Source: Candidatus Hydrogenedentota bacterium
GTDB lineage: Bacteria; Hydrogenedentota; Hydrogenedentia; Hydrogenedentales; SLHB01
Direction of reading: 5' to 3'
DNA length: 64,000 nucleotides
Assembly: GCA_963674865.2 (NCBI GenBank)
Contig: CAXXYE010000009.1
Span: forward strand, 768,001 to 832,000
A program made the position numbers and the translations under genes. Under the pieces are notes generated by a model. It ran no database searches. It worked only from the letters and a program-made list of their open reading frames with translations, and was not told where the DNA came from. The first letter of the stretch is position 1, and every line of letters begins with the position of its first letter. Shown here piece by piece: positions 48,546 to 59,317 of this stretch.

Positions 48546-50567
48546 GTGGTTCTGTCTCTTATTGTCATCTCTTGCGTTAGCCTCGATGGCCTTGCGGGCG
48601 ACCTCGTCGTACTCGAATCCGGGGGCGAGGTCGAGTCCGGGGCGATGATGGACACGTACCTTTCCCGCCTGACGCACGGCGCCCTCGACGAGCGCGCCGA
48701 GCGATGCGCGGCCATCCGCACTCGCGCAAGTTTCATGCGCCATCAGCGGCGCATGCGCCGGTTCTTCGACGAGCAACTTGGCGGATTTCCCGAGCGGACG
48801 CCCCTCAACGCGCGCATCGTGGGCGGCGAGGAGCGTGATGGATTCCGATTCGAGAAGATTATCTACGAGAGCCGGCCCGGGTTCTTCGTCACAGCGCTCC
48901 TCTTCCTGCCGCTGTCGGCGCCGCCCTATCCGGGCGTGCTGGTGCCGTGCGGCCACAGTATGAACGGGAAGGCCTGCGAGCCTTACCAGCGCGCGTGCAT
49001 GTTTCTGGCGCGATCGGATATCGCCGCGCTGTGCTACGATCCCATCGGGCAGGGGGAGCGCCACCAGATTCTCGATAGCGACGGGAAGCCGCGTTTCGGG
49101 CCGACGCTCGAGCACACGCTGACGGGCGTGGGATGCATCATGCTCGGCGCCAACGCCGCCACGTATCGTATCTGGGACGGGATCCGCAGCATCGACTACC
49201 TTGCCAGCCGCGTCGATATCATTCCCGAGCGCATCGGCTGCACGGGGAACTCGGGCGGCGGAACGCTCACGAGCTACATCATGGCGCTGGATCCGCGAGT
49301 TCAATGCGCGGCGCCCAGTTGCTACCTGACGAGCCTCCGGCGGCTTGTGGATACGGCGGGGATGCAGGATGCCGAGCAGAACATCGCCGGGCAGATCGCC
49401 CGCGGCATGGATCATGCGGATTACATCCTTATGCGGGCGCCGAAGCCTACGCTTATCTGCGCGGCCAAGCAGGATTTCTTCGATATTTGCGGCACCAGGG
49501 AGACCTTTGAAGAGGCAAGGCGATTCTACGGCCTACTCGACTATCCCGAGCGTTTGGCGATGGTCGAGGCGGACGCCAGGCACGGATTCAGCGCCACTCT
49601 TCGCGCGGGGATGGTCGCGTGGATGCGCCGGTGGCTGCTGGACACCGAGGAGCCCGTCGAGGAGGCGGAGATCCCCATACTGACGGATGCCGAAGCGCAA
49701 TGCGCCCCGGGAGGCGAGGTACTTCTTATGGAGGGGGCGCGTTCGGTATTTGATATCAACGCCGACCTGGAGAGGCGGTGGTCGGCGACGCGGCAGAATC
49801 TATGGAGCACGCCCGGCAGGCGGCGGGCGCTTGGGAAGGTGCGGAAGGTTGCCGGCATACGCCCGCTGCGGTGTCTGCCGAAGCTGGAGTGCGAGGCGGC
49901 CGGTTCCGTGAGCCGGGGCAGCTACCGCATCGACAAGTTGCTCCTACGCCCCGAGCCGGGGATCATACTCCCCGCTCTCATGTTCAGCCGCCCGGGCGTC
50001 CCCGACAACAAGGTATGCCTCTATCTGCACGGCGAGGGAAAACACGTGGACGGCCGGCCGGGCGGCCCCATCGAGCGGCTCGTCCGCGCGGGATACTGCG
50101 TCCTGGCCGTCGACCTGCGCGGCATCGGCGAGACGGAGTCCACCAGAGGCACCGGCGACTGGGCTGCATACTGCGGAGCGGACTGGCAGGACTTCTTCCA
50201 GGCCTACGTGCTCGGGAAGTCCTATGTCGGTATGCGGGCCGAGGATATCCTTGTTTGCGCGCGGTACCTCCGCCACCGCGCCCCGACGATGGACGGGGTG
50301 CATCTGGTGGCCATCGGGGAGGCGGCCGTTCCGGCGCTTCACGCCGCCGCCCTCGAGCCCGATCTCTTCACCTCGGCGAGGCTCGAGCAGTGCATCACGT
50401 CCTGGGCCGATGTTGTCCGCACGCCCATCACGCGCAACCAGCTCATCAACACCATCCACGGCGTACTGCGCGTCTACGACCTGCCCGACCTTATCGCCTG
50501 CCTCCCGCCAGGGAAAGTCCAGATTGGGAGCCCGGCGCCGCGGGGAACAGGCGACGTAAGTAGCTAA
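48546..50567 (+). CDS. Acetylxylan esterase-like tandem alpha/beta hydrolase, probably secreted
   Basis: PCGH, DP.GQGER, nucleophile GNSGGG, DFF, HGF; the second domain lacks the nucleophile. GTG start at 48546 is 9 nt after GGAGG. Confidence 0.85.
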   Translation: MVLSLIVISCVSLDGLAGDLVVLESGGEVESGAMMDTYLSRLTHGALDERAERCAAIRTRASFMRHQRRMRRFFDEQLGGFPERTPLNARIVGGEERDGFRFEKIIYESRPGFFVTALLFLPLSAPPYPGVLVPCGHSMNGKACEPYQRACMFLARSDIAALCYDPIGQGERHQILDSDGKPRFGPTLEHTLTGVGCIMLGANAATYRIWDGIRSIDYLASRVDIIPERIGCTGNSGGGTLTSYIMALDPRVQCAAPSCYLTSLRRLVDTAGMQDAEQNIAGQIARGMDHADYILMRAPKPTLICAAKQDFFDICGTRETFEEARRFYGLLDYPERLAMVEADARHGFSATLRAGMVAWMRRWLLDTEEPVEEAEIPILTDAEAQCAPGGEVLLMEGARSVFDINADLERRWSATRQNLWSTPGRRRALGKVRKVAGIRPLRCLPKLECEAAGSVSRGSYRIDKLLLRPEPGIILPALMFSRPGVPDNKVCLYLHGEGKHVDGRPGGPIERLVRAGYCVLAVDLRGIGETESTRGTGDWAAYCGADWQDFFQAYVLGKSYVGMRAEDILVCARYLRHRAPTMDGVHLVAIGEAAVPALHAAALEPDLFTSARLEQCITSWADVVRTPITRNQLINTIHGVLRVYDLPDLIACLPPGKVQIGSPAPRGTGDVSS

Positions 50568-50659
50568 TATGACTTGCTTTCGTGAAGTCACCGTGCCGCT
50601 TGAGAGTCCCTGTTAACGGCAAAGGACATCAAAGCAGACAGCCAACAGTGAGATCACTC

Positions 50660-50688
50660 TTGAAACTGCCGGCAGGTGTCTTTACGAT
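50660..50688 (+). promoter_or_regulatory. Sigma70-type promoter
   Basis: TTGAAA-N17-TACGAT upstream of the PASTA lipoprotein gene. Confidence 0.5.
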
Positions 50689-50769
50689 GGCGAACAGGTC
50701 GTTCGGCCGGGGTGCGGGCCGACTCATATGGAAGGATTTGGAAGGGCTCTCTCTTTCTGCAAGGAGATA

Positions 50770-53106
50770 ATGATGAGAAGTTGTATCCCTCTGTCTCTAA
50801 TCGTGGTTGTTGTTCTTTCCGTGGGGTGCCCCCCTCAAGGCGGGTCGGTAACGGTGCCGGATACGGTTGGGCTATCTCGCTACGATGCCGAGAACAGTCT
50901 TGAATCCGCGAATCTGACCTTGGGCGCCGTGACGGAAGTCTATGATTCCAGCGTCCCTCGGTACTACGTAGTGGCACAGAATCCCGCGGCCGGCGCCTCG
51001 GTGAACCAGAATACTTCCGTGGCGCTAACCGTATCGCTGGGCGTAGAGCCTACCGGTGGGGGAGACTTCACACCGGGCACTCGCGTCGAATCCGGGACGT
51101 CGTCCATCGGAACCGCGGGCGGTGACGTCAGCGGCGTCGTGGGGGGCGTGAATGTGACTGCCTCCTTCCCCGATGGCGCCCTGCCGGGCAATGTCGCCGT
51201 CACGTTGGCGGCGGACACCGGCACCGTTACGCCGCTCGAAGGAGAGCCGGGCGAGGCGGTGATCCTCTTGGAGACGCCGGGTGTGTGGTACTTCGATGAG
51301 CCTGTCGAACTGACGTTTGCTCTGTCCGCGGCGAAGGCGGCGGACACCGTGCCCGTGCCGTATCTGATCGACGAGGACGGCGACTGGCACCTCATGGACT
51401 TGGTGGATCTCGATTGGGCGAATCTGACGGCTACGGTGGCTACCTACTGCCCGACGAATGGCTCAACCGACAAGGCCGATAATGGTAGCGCGATCACGTG
51501 GGTGTATGCGGACTTGAGCAAAGCGGATGTGACCTCGTGGGCGACCTTTGTGCCGTTTGTTGACGGATTCGCGATTGGGAATGAGGGCAGCACATGGAAT
51601 CCGAGCGGCGAGTGCCACGGGATGGTGTTGTTTGCCCAATGGTACTGCATGAAGGTGGGCCTTAGCGAGGGCTCCTTCTTCTACCGTTTTCGGGATGCCA
51701 TCGGCACGGATGGGTTGATAGGCCAAGACCTCATCGCCACACGGGCGCAGAACTCCTCGCATGAAGCGTGGGAGCAAGCGAGAACGGAGGCCCTCTGGGG
51801 CCTTTACTCCCGGACGCCGGCGGAACAGGCGACGACGATCTGCAACGCGCTGGCAAATGCGGAGGAGGGCGTGGTGCTTTGCCTCGCCGACGGCAGCAAG
51901 GATTCTCACGCCGTGCTCGCCTACGATGTCGAGACGGATGCCTCGGGAACACATTTCAGTGTCTACGATCCGAACTACCCTTACAATTCCTCGGTGCCGC
52001 TTTCGAGCTGGACTCCTCAGACGATCACATTGAAGGCGTCAACGGGCACATGGGAGCCGTACGGCAAGTACATATGGGTTCTCCTCGCGGGCTCTTACGG
52101 CTCCATGGCGGATCATCTGCGCGAGAACTTCGAGAGCATCCTCGTTGACGCGGAGGACGGCTTCCACGACAGCGCGGACGCTGTCATCGTGGTGACGAGC
52201 CACACCGATGAGGAAATTGTGCTCGATGATACGGTACGCTTCGAAGGATACATCGATAGCGGCGAGGTGCTTGTCGAGGAGGCATGGGTATACGTCTACG
52301 GCGAGGAAGGCTACCGCTGGCGTCAGAAGACGGATATCCCCGCAAATGGGAGTTTCAGTCTCGATATCGCCCTGGCGGAGGGTGAAAACCACATTGTCCT
52401 GATCACCCTCGGCCGCAACGCGGGCGAGCGAAAACTCGTGATTCCCAACAACATGACGCGCAATAAGGAGCCGCATGTGCTCTACTACACGGGCACGCTC
52501 CCACTTGCGGGCACCGTTTCGGAGTTGCGCGGCACGGGAAATCCCCCGATTGCCGGCGCCACCGTCAAGGTATACAAGTCGGACGAGTATATTGCGGGGA
52601 CGGTTACCGACACCGCGACGACAAGCGATACCGGCCAATACGCGTTCCTCGATCTTGAGCCGGGCGAATATGTCGTCACCGCGGAGGCACAGGGGTTTGA
52701 GATCCGTTTGGCCGTCGTGACGGTGGATTCCGACGGCGGTGCGGTGCAGTCGTTTCAGTTGGGCGAGTTCATGGGATGCTATACGACGGGCACCTGGGGC
52801 TTTGAAGCGCCTACCACAGGCTCATGGCCCGACCTCTCCTACTCCCTGAGCGGCGGATATTGGCAGGGAAGCGACAGCATTCACCGCGCCTGCGATTACT
52901 ACACCGAGAGTGGCTGGTTCACGATGACGTGGTGGACGGACATGAGCCGGACCTCCGTGGCGAAGAGCTTCCGCGGCGTATGCAATAGCGAAGACGGCCC
53001 GATCTCGGGCACCTACATCGCACACGTCCGCGGGATTGTGGAGTCCGAGGACTCCCGCAAGAGCGTCACGAGGGAGGAATTCGACGCGGTCGTAACCAGT
53101 TGGTGA
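50770..53106 (+). CDS. Lipoprotein with PASTA domain, putative papain-like peptidase domain and Ig/carboxypeptidase-regulatory-like domains
   Basis: AAGGAG SD; lipobox LSVGC; PASTA VPDTVGL...A...L....L...V..QNP.AG..V...V.L.VS.G; GECHG, HAVLAY and YDPN motifs. Confidence 0.8.
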   Translation: MMRSCIPLSLIVVVVLSVGCPPQGGSVTVPDTVGLSRYDAENSLESANLTLGAVTEVYDSSVPRYYVVAQNPAAGASVNQNTSVALTVSLGVEPTGGGDFTPGTRVESGTSSIGTAGGDVSGVVGGVNVTASFPDGALPGNVAVTLAADTGTVTPLEGEPGEAVILLETPGVWYFDEPVELTFALSAAKAADTVPVPYLIDEDGDWHLMDLVDLDWANLTATVATYCPTNGSTDKADNGSAITWVYADLSKADVTSWATFVPFVDGFAIGNEGSTWNPSGECHGMVLFAQWYCMKVGLSEGSFFYRFRDAIGTDGLIGQDLIATRAQNSSHEAWEQARTEALWGLYSRTPAEQATTICNALANAEEGVVLCLADGSKDSHAVLAYDVETDASGTHFSVYDPNYPYNSSVPLSSWTPQTITLKASTGTWEPYGKYIWVLLAGSYGSMADHLRENFESILVDAEDGFHDSADAVIVVTSHTDEEIVLDDTVRFEGYIDSGEVLVEEAWVYVYGEEGYRWRQKTDIPANGSFSLDIALAEGENHIVLITLGRNAGERKLVIPNNMTRNKEPHVLYYTGTLPLAGTVSELRGTGNPPIAGATVKVYKSDEYIAGTVTDTATTSDTGQYAFLDLEPGEYVVTAEAQGFEIRLAVVTVDSDGGAVQSFQLGEFMGCYTTGTWGFEAPTTGSWPDLSYSLSGGYWQGSDSIHRACDYYTESGWFTMTWWTDMSRTSVAKSFRGVCNSEDGPISGTYIAHVRGIVESEDSRKSVTREEFDAVVTSW

Positions 53107-53151
53107 GCCGATAAGACACCACGAGCGTCAGCAGATTCTGGCAGCCATGCT

Positions 53152-53185
53152 GATCCCGGAACGGGCGTTGCTTTGTTCCGGGATC
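53152..53185. terminator. Terminator-like hairpin between convergent genes
   Basis: GATCCCGGAACGGG pairs with TTTGTTCCGGGATC (14 bp including G-U pairs); no clear U tail. Confidence 0.5.
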
Positions 53186-53222
53186 TCGATGCGAGCGTCA
53201 CGCTCGCGGTGAAATGTCCTGG

Positions 53223-56200
53223 CTAATCAAGGAGATTGATGTCCAGTTCAACCGTCTGGCCTTCTTCCAGAGTCACGTCGTAAGAAAGCACCTTGGAGCG
53301 GAAGGGAATGGTCCAGGTGTATCCCAACACGGTGAATTCGTACCGGCCGGGCGTCAGGTCCGTGATCTCGTACGATCCCGCCCCACGCTCGACTAGGGCA
53401 GCGGCGCCGGGGACGGGCTTCATTGCTGCGCTTCGGTAGGTGACGGGCCTGATGGGCGGGTGGCCGGGCGTGCGTAGGAAGGCTTGCCACTGCCAGCGGT
53501 TACCTGACTCGATATGTCCCCGCAGCGTAGCGGTGCCCGTCTCGAATGGGATTTCCAGGTGCACGTCCTCGTCCGCGACGATTTCGATGTCTCGGCAACA
53601 CACGTGGAGGCCCGAAACGGCCTGAATCTCATAGTGCCCCGGCGGGAGGCCTTCAAACACAAGGACATTTTGCTCGTCAGTCTCGAAAGCCGTCCACACC
53701 TCGTTTTCGTGGAAGAGCCATGCCCCCGACTGCTCGTCCCGGGGTGTTGTCAGGCCGGCGGTCAGTGAGGCGCTTCCCACATCGAAGACAACGTCCTGAC
53801 GAGTTGTCTGGTTCGCGTACACCTGGACAATGAGCGTCAGCGTCCGGGACTTGCCCCCCGGGGTCCTGCACATGCCTGTCAGTCGGTACTCGCCCGGGGG
53901 GAGGCCTGAAAAGGCGAACCGGCCCGGGGCCCGGACTTTTTCGGAGTCGAAGAGGCCATTGCTGTCCTCGGTGGGTCGCAGACTGATCGAGACACCCTTA
54001 CCTGGCCCTTGCGCCAAGCCCTCGATCCTGCCTGTCGCATCGGCGGGAGGCATATCCACGCGGCGTTCCTCACCTTCGTTAAGCTCGACGACCTTGTCAT
54101 AGCGGTACTGTTCCGTATGGAGCCTGACGATGTAGAAGCCGGGAGCGAGATTGTCGAAGGCGTAGTTTCCCTCAGTATCCACCATGCCTTGCTTCTCGGT
54201 GTGGTATACCTGCACGCCGTCCGCCCGAAAGGTAAGGAGCTTCATCCACATGCGCTGAAGCGGGTCGTTGTCCCCGGATACTTGGCCGTAAAGCCGCGCA
54301 GCGCCTGGCTGTCCGAGATGGAGATCGACGCAAACACCCTGGCCCCTTGCCAGAGACACCTGTTCTCGTACCGTACCTTCCTCGAAGCGTCTCTGATCCA
54401 TTTGGCTAATGGCTGCTTCAAGGCAGTATGTCCCCGCGCGAAGATGTTCGAAGCGGAAGTGCCCGTCTTCATCAGTGCCCGTCGTATACGCAGTCGGCGG
54501 CGGAAGCCCGCCCTCCCCGATAGCCGGTATGGTGTTATCGTCTGCGGGCCTCAGGTCCACGGTGCCTCGCAATCCCCGCCCCTCCACTGGGCCGGCGCCG
54601 GAAGCCTGTAGACTGGCCAGCGGCGCTCCTTTGTGATAGAGCGTGCCCTCGACCACCCCGGAGCCCCGATCGAACACGAAGTCAGCGCGGACATCCTGAC
54701 TCGCTCTGAGAAGCACGGAGACGCTCTCGTGCATCTGAGCCCCCTCGTGCATCACCCAGGCGTTGAACAAGTAGTCTGCGGGGGGAGCTTGGCGAACTCA
54801 TACGAGCCGTCCGGGCCTGTCGTCACTTGCTGGTATGTAGGTCCCTTCCAGTACTCAATCATGGCGCCTGACACAGGGCGGCCGTCCAGGTACGCGTATC
54901 CCCTGACGGTTCCCGCGCCCTGCACCACGAGTATCCGCACGCCGCTGGTTTCCTTGCCCGCTGTAACCTCGACAGGATGGGCTGTCCGGGGGTACTTGGT
55001 GTGCCATGCGACAACGTGCCGCTGCCCCTCCTTGACGTGGGCGAGGGCAAATCTGCCCCCGGAATCGCTCTTGGTGGAGGTGAGGGAGGAGATGAATCCG
55101 GCCATCTCCACCGAGTCGAGTCCAGGCTTCTCCGGGCCAACGTCAACGACCGCTCCCGCCACAGGCTTCTTGGTTCGCGCGTCCAGCACGGTTCCCGACA
55201 CGGCGCCTGCGGGCTGAAGCACAATCTCGACTTCCTCCCCGGCGAGGTCTTCCGGCACGGCGCAGTAGACTCTTCCGAATGTGTAGTTCTCGGCATATGC
55301 AGCCAGCGTGACGCCCTGTCCCTCCTCGACGGGATACTCGAAATAGCCATCCGCGTACTGCCGCGAATCCATCAGCACCACCCTTTTCTCTTCAGAAACC
55401 ACTCGCCCAACGGCGAAATGAGGCAGGGGGGTGTTGTCTGGGCCGGCGAGGACGCGTCCGCGGATCACAGTGCCTGTCTGTTCGGCCGCCGGCGGAGGTG
55501 TGGATATTGATGCAGAGGCGGGCTGTGCCTCCCGATCCACCGGAGGCGCGGCTATCTCGGGCGCAGGCGTTTCGAGTTCCGTACGAGGCTCTTCGAGGTC
55601 CGGGCCTGTCGTCGGGGCGCTGGGATGGAGAAGGAGGATTGCCCCCGCGGCCAGGATCGACGTCAGGGCGCCAGCGGCCAGGCCCGTTGGTGAGAGGATG
55701 GCTCCTAGAAGCGTCTTGCCGAAGAGCCAACTTGCCCCCAGCGCGGGAATGGCGGCGGCTGCCGACGGGGAGCCCGCCAAGGCAACCTTGCCGAGATTCG
55801 TCACAAGGCTAACCGGCGCCGCTTCGGCCGCGTTCCTGAGCAGGACTGCCGTTAAGATCGACGCCGAAATGTCCACGCCTCGCCGGCTCAGTGTCTTGCG
55901 GATTTGCTCGATGCCCCGTTGGATGCGGCGGGTGACGCCGCTCTGTGAGATTCCCATCTGAGCGGCGATGGCGTTGTGCGTTTCACCCTCCAGGAAATGC
56001 GCGACGACGGGCTCGCGCAACTTCTCAGGCAACGCCGCAATGGCCTCGTCCACGAAGCCGAGCATGTCCTCCCATGCCCGCTCGGCGCCCTCAGCCGTCC
56101 GCGAGGCATAGCGGATCTCGCGCTCGCGCCGCCGCGCATCGGAGCGGACGCGGCTGATCGCGCCATGCGTGGCCACCGTGTGGAGCCACCCGGCCAAGGA

Positions 56201-56398
56201 GCGGCGCGGCGGCCGTTGCGCCTCGGCCAGTTTGAGGAAGCATTCCTGGGCGACTTCCTCCGCGTCCATGGGACTGGCCAGGATGCGCCTGGCCGTGGCG
56301 TAAACCATCCCCGCATGGCGCGTTACGATCTCACGAAAGGCTTCGGCGTCCCGCCCTTCCATCCACCTCTTGAGGAGCAGTGAGTCTGTGCCGTTCAT
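53223..56398 (-). pseudogene. ECF sigma factor fused via a TM segment to ~8 carboxypeptidase-regulatory-like repeats; split by a 1-nt frameshift at G6 (54780-54785); may be a sequencing error
   Basis: Sigma2 (AF.EIV.RH..MV, DAEEVAQECF, GWL) and sigma4 (LPE.LR...V..FLEG.T...IA..MG.S...V..R..R). Adding one C gives KLPPADYLFNAW and joins both ORFs into ~1058 aa. Confidence 0.82.
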
Positions 56399-56595
56399 AT
56401 CGCACCCCCGAGACTCTGAGTTCCCGCGCTACCTGCATACTACCTCTAAGACGCCGCCGGGTGGGAATTCATGACGCGGAGAGTCCTTTTTATGATTCGA
56501 CGCTGCGCGAGTGAGACTTTTCTATCGTCATCTGCTCAGGTACCATGTGGTTGGACTGCTTGATCTTTTGAGAACTGCGCGGAAAGGTTACCGAT

Positions 56596-59196
56596 ATGGG
56601 CAATTCCCACGTATTCGAGAGAACATCCTGTTTCACACTTGCCGTGATGCTCCTGTTCGGATGGGCCGCCTTCGCGGGGGAGGCGCCGGTGTATGCGGGC
56701 CAGCCTTCGGGTGAGTACCTGCGGGACTGGCTTGTTTGTGGGCCGTTCCCGGCGGGTGCGTCGCGGCCCGATGCGCCGACCACGGGGCACCTTGCGGGCT
56801 TTGAGACGGATTATCTGGCAGGCACGGGGGGCGAGGCCGGTGCGCAACCGAGTCCCGGCGACGTTGTCGATTTCGACGGGGGCTCGGCTACGTGGACGGC
56901 GTACGAGAGCCCGACGGACGAGGTGAGCCTGGACGATGCCGTATCGACGGCCCTGGAGGTACTGGCTTACGCTTATTGCGAGATCAAGAGCGATGAGGCG
57001 CGGCCCTGCGTCATGGCCGTCGGGACGAATGACGGCTGCCGCATCTGGCTCAACGGGCGCCGGGTGTCGGATTATCCAGCGGCCCGGGGACTCAAACTCG
57101 ACCAGGACCTCATCCCCGTGGTGCTCCAGAAGGGCGTTAACCGGCTCCTGTTCAAGGTGGAGGAGCGTGGCAATGCATGGGGACTGGCATGCCGGTTTCT
57201 ACCGGTGGACGCTGAACTCGTGAAGGGCCGGGTGCGCTTCTTCGAGGTCGTCACGCGCGTGGACGGCACGCCTGTGTTCCGGTTCCGCCACGGCGCGGAG
57301 GCGGCTAGGGCGTTTGTCGAGCGCGCGGCCCTCGAGGCCGTCAGCGTGTTCTATCCGGAGAAGGTTCTTTGGGCCAAGAAGTGGAATGGGAAAGCGGAGC
57401 AGGTGATCGGCGTGGACGCGTCGCGCTACGGGGAATACATCCTGCGGATGCACGCGGCGTACAAAGGAGGCATCGAGGAGGCCATGGCGTATCATTTCAC
57501 GGCGGGCGAACGTATCGAGTATGCCCTGTTCGAGGATGGCGCGAGCGATTACGTGATTGCCATCGACAAGGGCGCGTCGGAGTCGGAGCGCTGGGCGGCG
57601 AATGAACTCCAGCACTGGCTCCAGGAAGTCGGGGGCGCCGAGTTGCCCATCCTCGAGTTGGAGAAGCAGGCGCCCGAGAAAGCCATCATCGTAGGCTACA
57701 ACAAGCACACGGCGCGGCTTTTCGACAAGAAGGCAGCCGCCCCCGCGGATGGCGATGAGTCATTCACCTACAAGAATGCGGGGCCCACCATCGCGATTTG
57801 GGGCGGGCGCGACCGCGGCAGCATGTACGGCGTAATGAGTTTCCTCGAGCGGGAGATGGGCGTCCGCTGGTACACGCCCAGCGTGACGGTTACGCCGAAG
57901 AAAGAGCGCTACCGGTTCACGGTGCTCGACCACAGCGAGGCGGCGGGCATCCGCGTGCGGAATGACTTTTATCACGAGGCATTCGAGCCGATCTGGGCCG
58001 CGCGCAACCGCGTCAACGGCGCGATGAACTACCGCGAACAGCCGGGCGGCGTCGAGGGCTACTGGCGCGTGCATACCTTCTATCCCTTCATGCCGCCGGA
58101 GGAGTTCTACGACAAGAATCCCGAGTATTACAGCCTGATCGACGGCGAGCGCATCCATGAGCGCGCCCAGCTCTGCCTCACCAATCCGCATGTGCTCGAC
58201 ATTATCACGGAGCGTCTGCTCAAGGTCATGCGGGAGCATCCCGAGTACCTGATTTACTCCGTGTCGCAAAACGATTGGCGGAATCCGTGCCAGTGCGAAG
58301 AGTGCCAGGCCATCGCCGAACGCGAAGGAACCGAGGCGGGCCCCGTAGTGTGGTTCGTCAACCAGGTGGCCGAGCGCGTCGAGAAGGAGTTCCCGGACAA
58401 GTTCGTGGGGACGCTCGCCTACCAGTACACGCGCAAGCCGCCGAAGACGATCAAGCCCCGGCACAACGTCGTGATCCGGCTGTGCAGCATCGAATGCTGC
58501 TTCGCCCACGACTTCAAGTCATGTCCCGAGAACGCCGAGTTCCTCGACGATCTCCAGAACTGGGCGAAGATCGCTCCGCACCTATACATCTGGGACTACG
58601 TGGTCAATTTCAGTCATTACATCATGCCGTATCCGAATTTCCGCGTGCTGCAATCGAATGTCCAGAGCTTCCGCGATAACCATGCCATCGGCATCATGGA
58701 GCAGGCGGCGTACCAAAGCCGTGGCGGCGAGTTCGCGGAACTCCGGGCCTATGTGCTGGCGAAGCTGCTATGGGATCCCGAGTGCAATGTCGAGGAAGTC
58801 ATCAACGACTTCATGTACGGCTACTACGGCCGGAGCGGACAGTTCGTCCGCCAGTACTTCGACTTGCTGCACAATCAACTCACGCCGGACACGCATATCC
58901 ACCTCGGCCTGAAGCCGGAGGATATCCTGTTCTCGGATGAGTTCGTCCGGCAGGCCGAGATGATCTTCGACCGCGCGGAGGGCGTGGCCGACAGCGAAGC
59001 CATCCGGCAGCGCGTCGAGATGGCCCGCCTGCCCATCATGTACCTCAAGTGTAAGCGGCAACCTATCGCGGCCAAACGCGACGGCACCTACGCCCGATTC
59101 TGCGAAATCGTCGAGCGCGAAGGCGTTACGTACTACGCCGAACGCGGCGCCGAACACCGCCTCGAATTCCACGCCGAAATGGATGGGATCGAGTAG
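56596..59196 (+). CDS. Secreted DUF4838-domain putative glycoside hydrolase with N-terminal beta-sandwich
   Basis: Signal peptide; WLVCGPF...DG..IWLNG N-terminal domain; YGV..FLE...GVRWY.P, HTF, QLCLTNP, SQND, LAYQYT..PP, WDY, AKLLWDP. Confidence 0.82.
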   Translation: MGNSHVFERTSCFTLAVMLLFGWAAFAGEAPVYAGQPSGEYLRDWLVCGPFPAGASRPDAPTTGHLAGFETDYLAGTGGEAGAQPSPGDVVDFDGGSATWTAYESPTDEVSLDDAVSTALEVLAYAYCEIKSDEARPCVMAVGTNDGCRIWLNGRRVSDYPAARGLKLDQDLIPVVLQKGVNRLLFKVEERGNAWGLACRFLPVDAELVKGRVRFFEVVTRVDGTPVFRFRHGAEAARAFVERAALEAVSVFYPEKVLWAKKWNGKAEQVIGVDASRYGEYILRMHAAYKGGIEEAMAYHFTAGERIEYALFEDGASDYVIAIDKGASESERWAANELQHWLQEVGGAELPILELEKQAPEKAIIVGYNKHTARLFDKKAAAPADGDESFTYKNAGPTIAIWGGRDRGSMYGVMSFLEREMGVRWYTPSVTVTPKKERYRFTVLDHSEAAGIRVRNDFYHEAFEPIWAARNRVNGAMNYREQPGGVEGYWRVHTFYPFMPPEEFYDKNPEYYSLIDGERIHERAQLCLTNPHVLDIITERLLKVMREHPEYLIYSVSQNDWRNPCQCEECQAIAEREGTEAGPVVWFVNQVAERVEKEFPDKFVGTLAYQYTRKPPKTIKPRHNVVIRLCSIECCFAHDFKSCPENAEFLDDLQNWAKIAPHLYIWDYVVNFSHYIMPYPNFRVLQSNVQSFRDNHAIGIMEQAAYQSRGGEFAELRAYVLAKLLWDPECNVEEVINDFMYGYYGRSGQFVRQYFDLLHNQLTPDTHIHLGLKPEDILFSDEFVRQAEMIFDRAEGVADSEAIRQRVEMARLPIMYLKCKRQPIAAKRDGTYARFCEIVEREGVTYYAERGAEHRLEFHAEMDGIE

Positions 59197-59210
59197 AGCA
59201 GGGAGCCTCC

Positions 59211-59240
59211 TTGACACGACGTCACACCCGTGAATATAGT
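59211..59240 (+). promoter_or_regulatory. Sigma70-type promoter
   Basis: TTGACA-N18-TATAGT upstream of the 59318 gene. Confidence 0.6.
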
Positions 59241-59317
59241 AGCGGGTGTAATGTGACGCTGCATAGCGTGTCTCTTCTAGATGCCGCCGCTGCGCGGAGA
59301 TAAGGAAGGAGGCAGTG

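Noticed and set aside
48538..48648. Alternative ATG frame MSRWFCLLLSSLALASMA that looks like a signal peptide and would imply a third frameshift near 48592
   Set aside because: This ATG is only 1 nt from the GGAGG SD, whereas the in-frame GTG at 48546 is optimally spaced and needs no indel. It cannot be fully excluded without reads.
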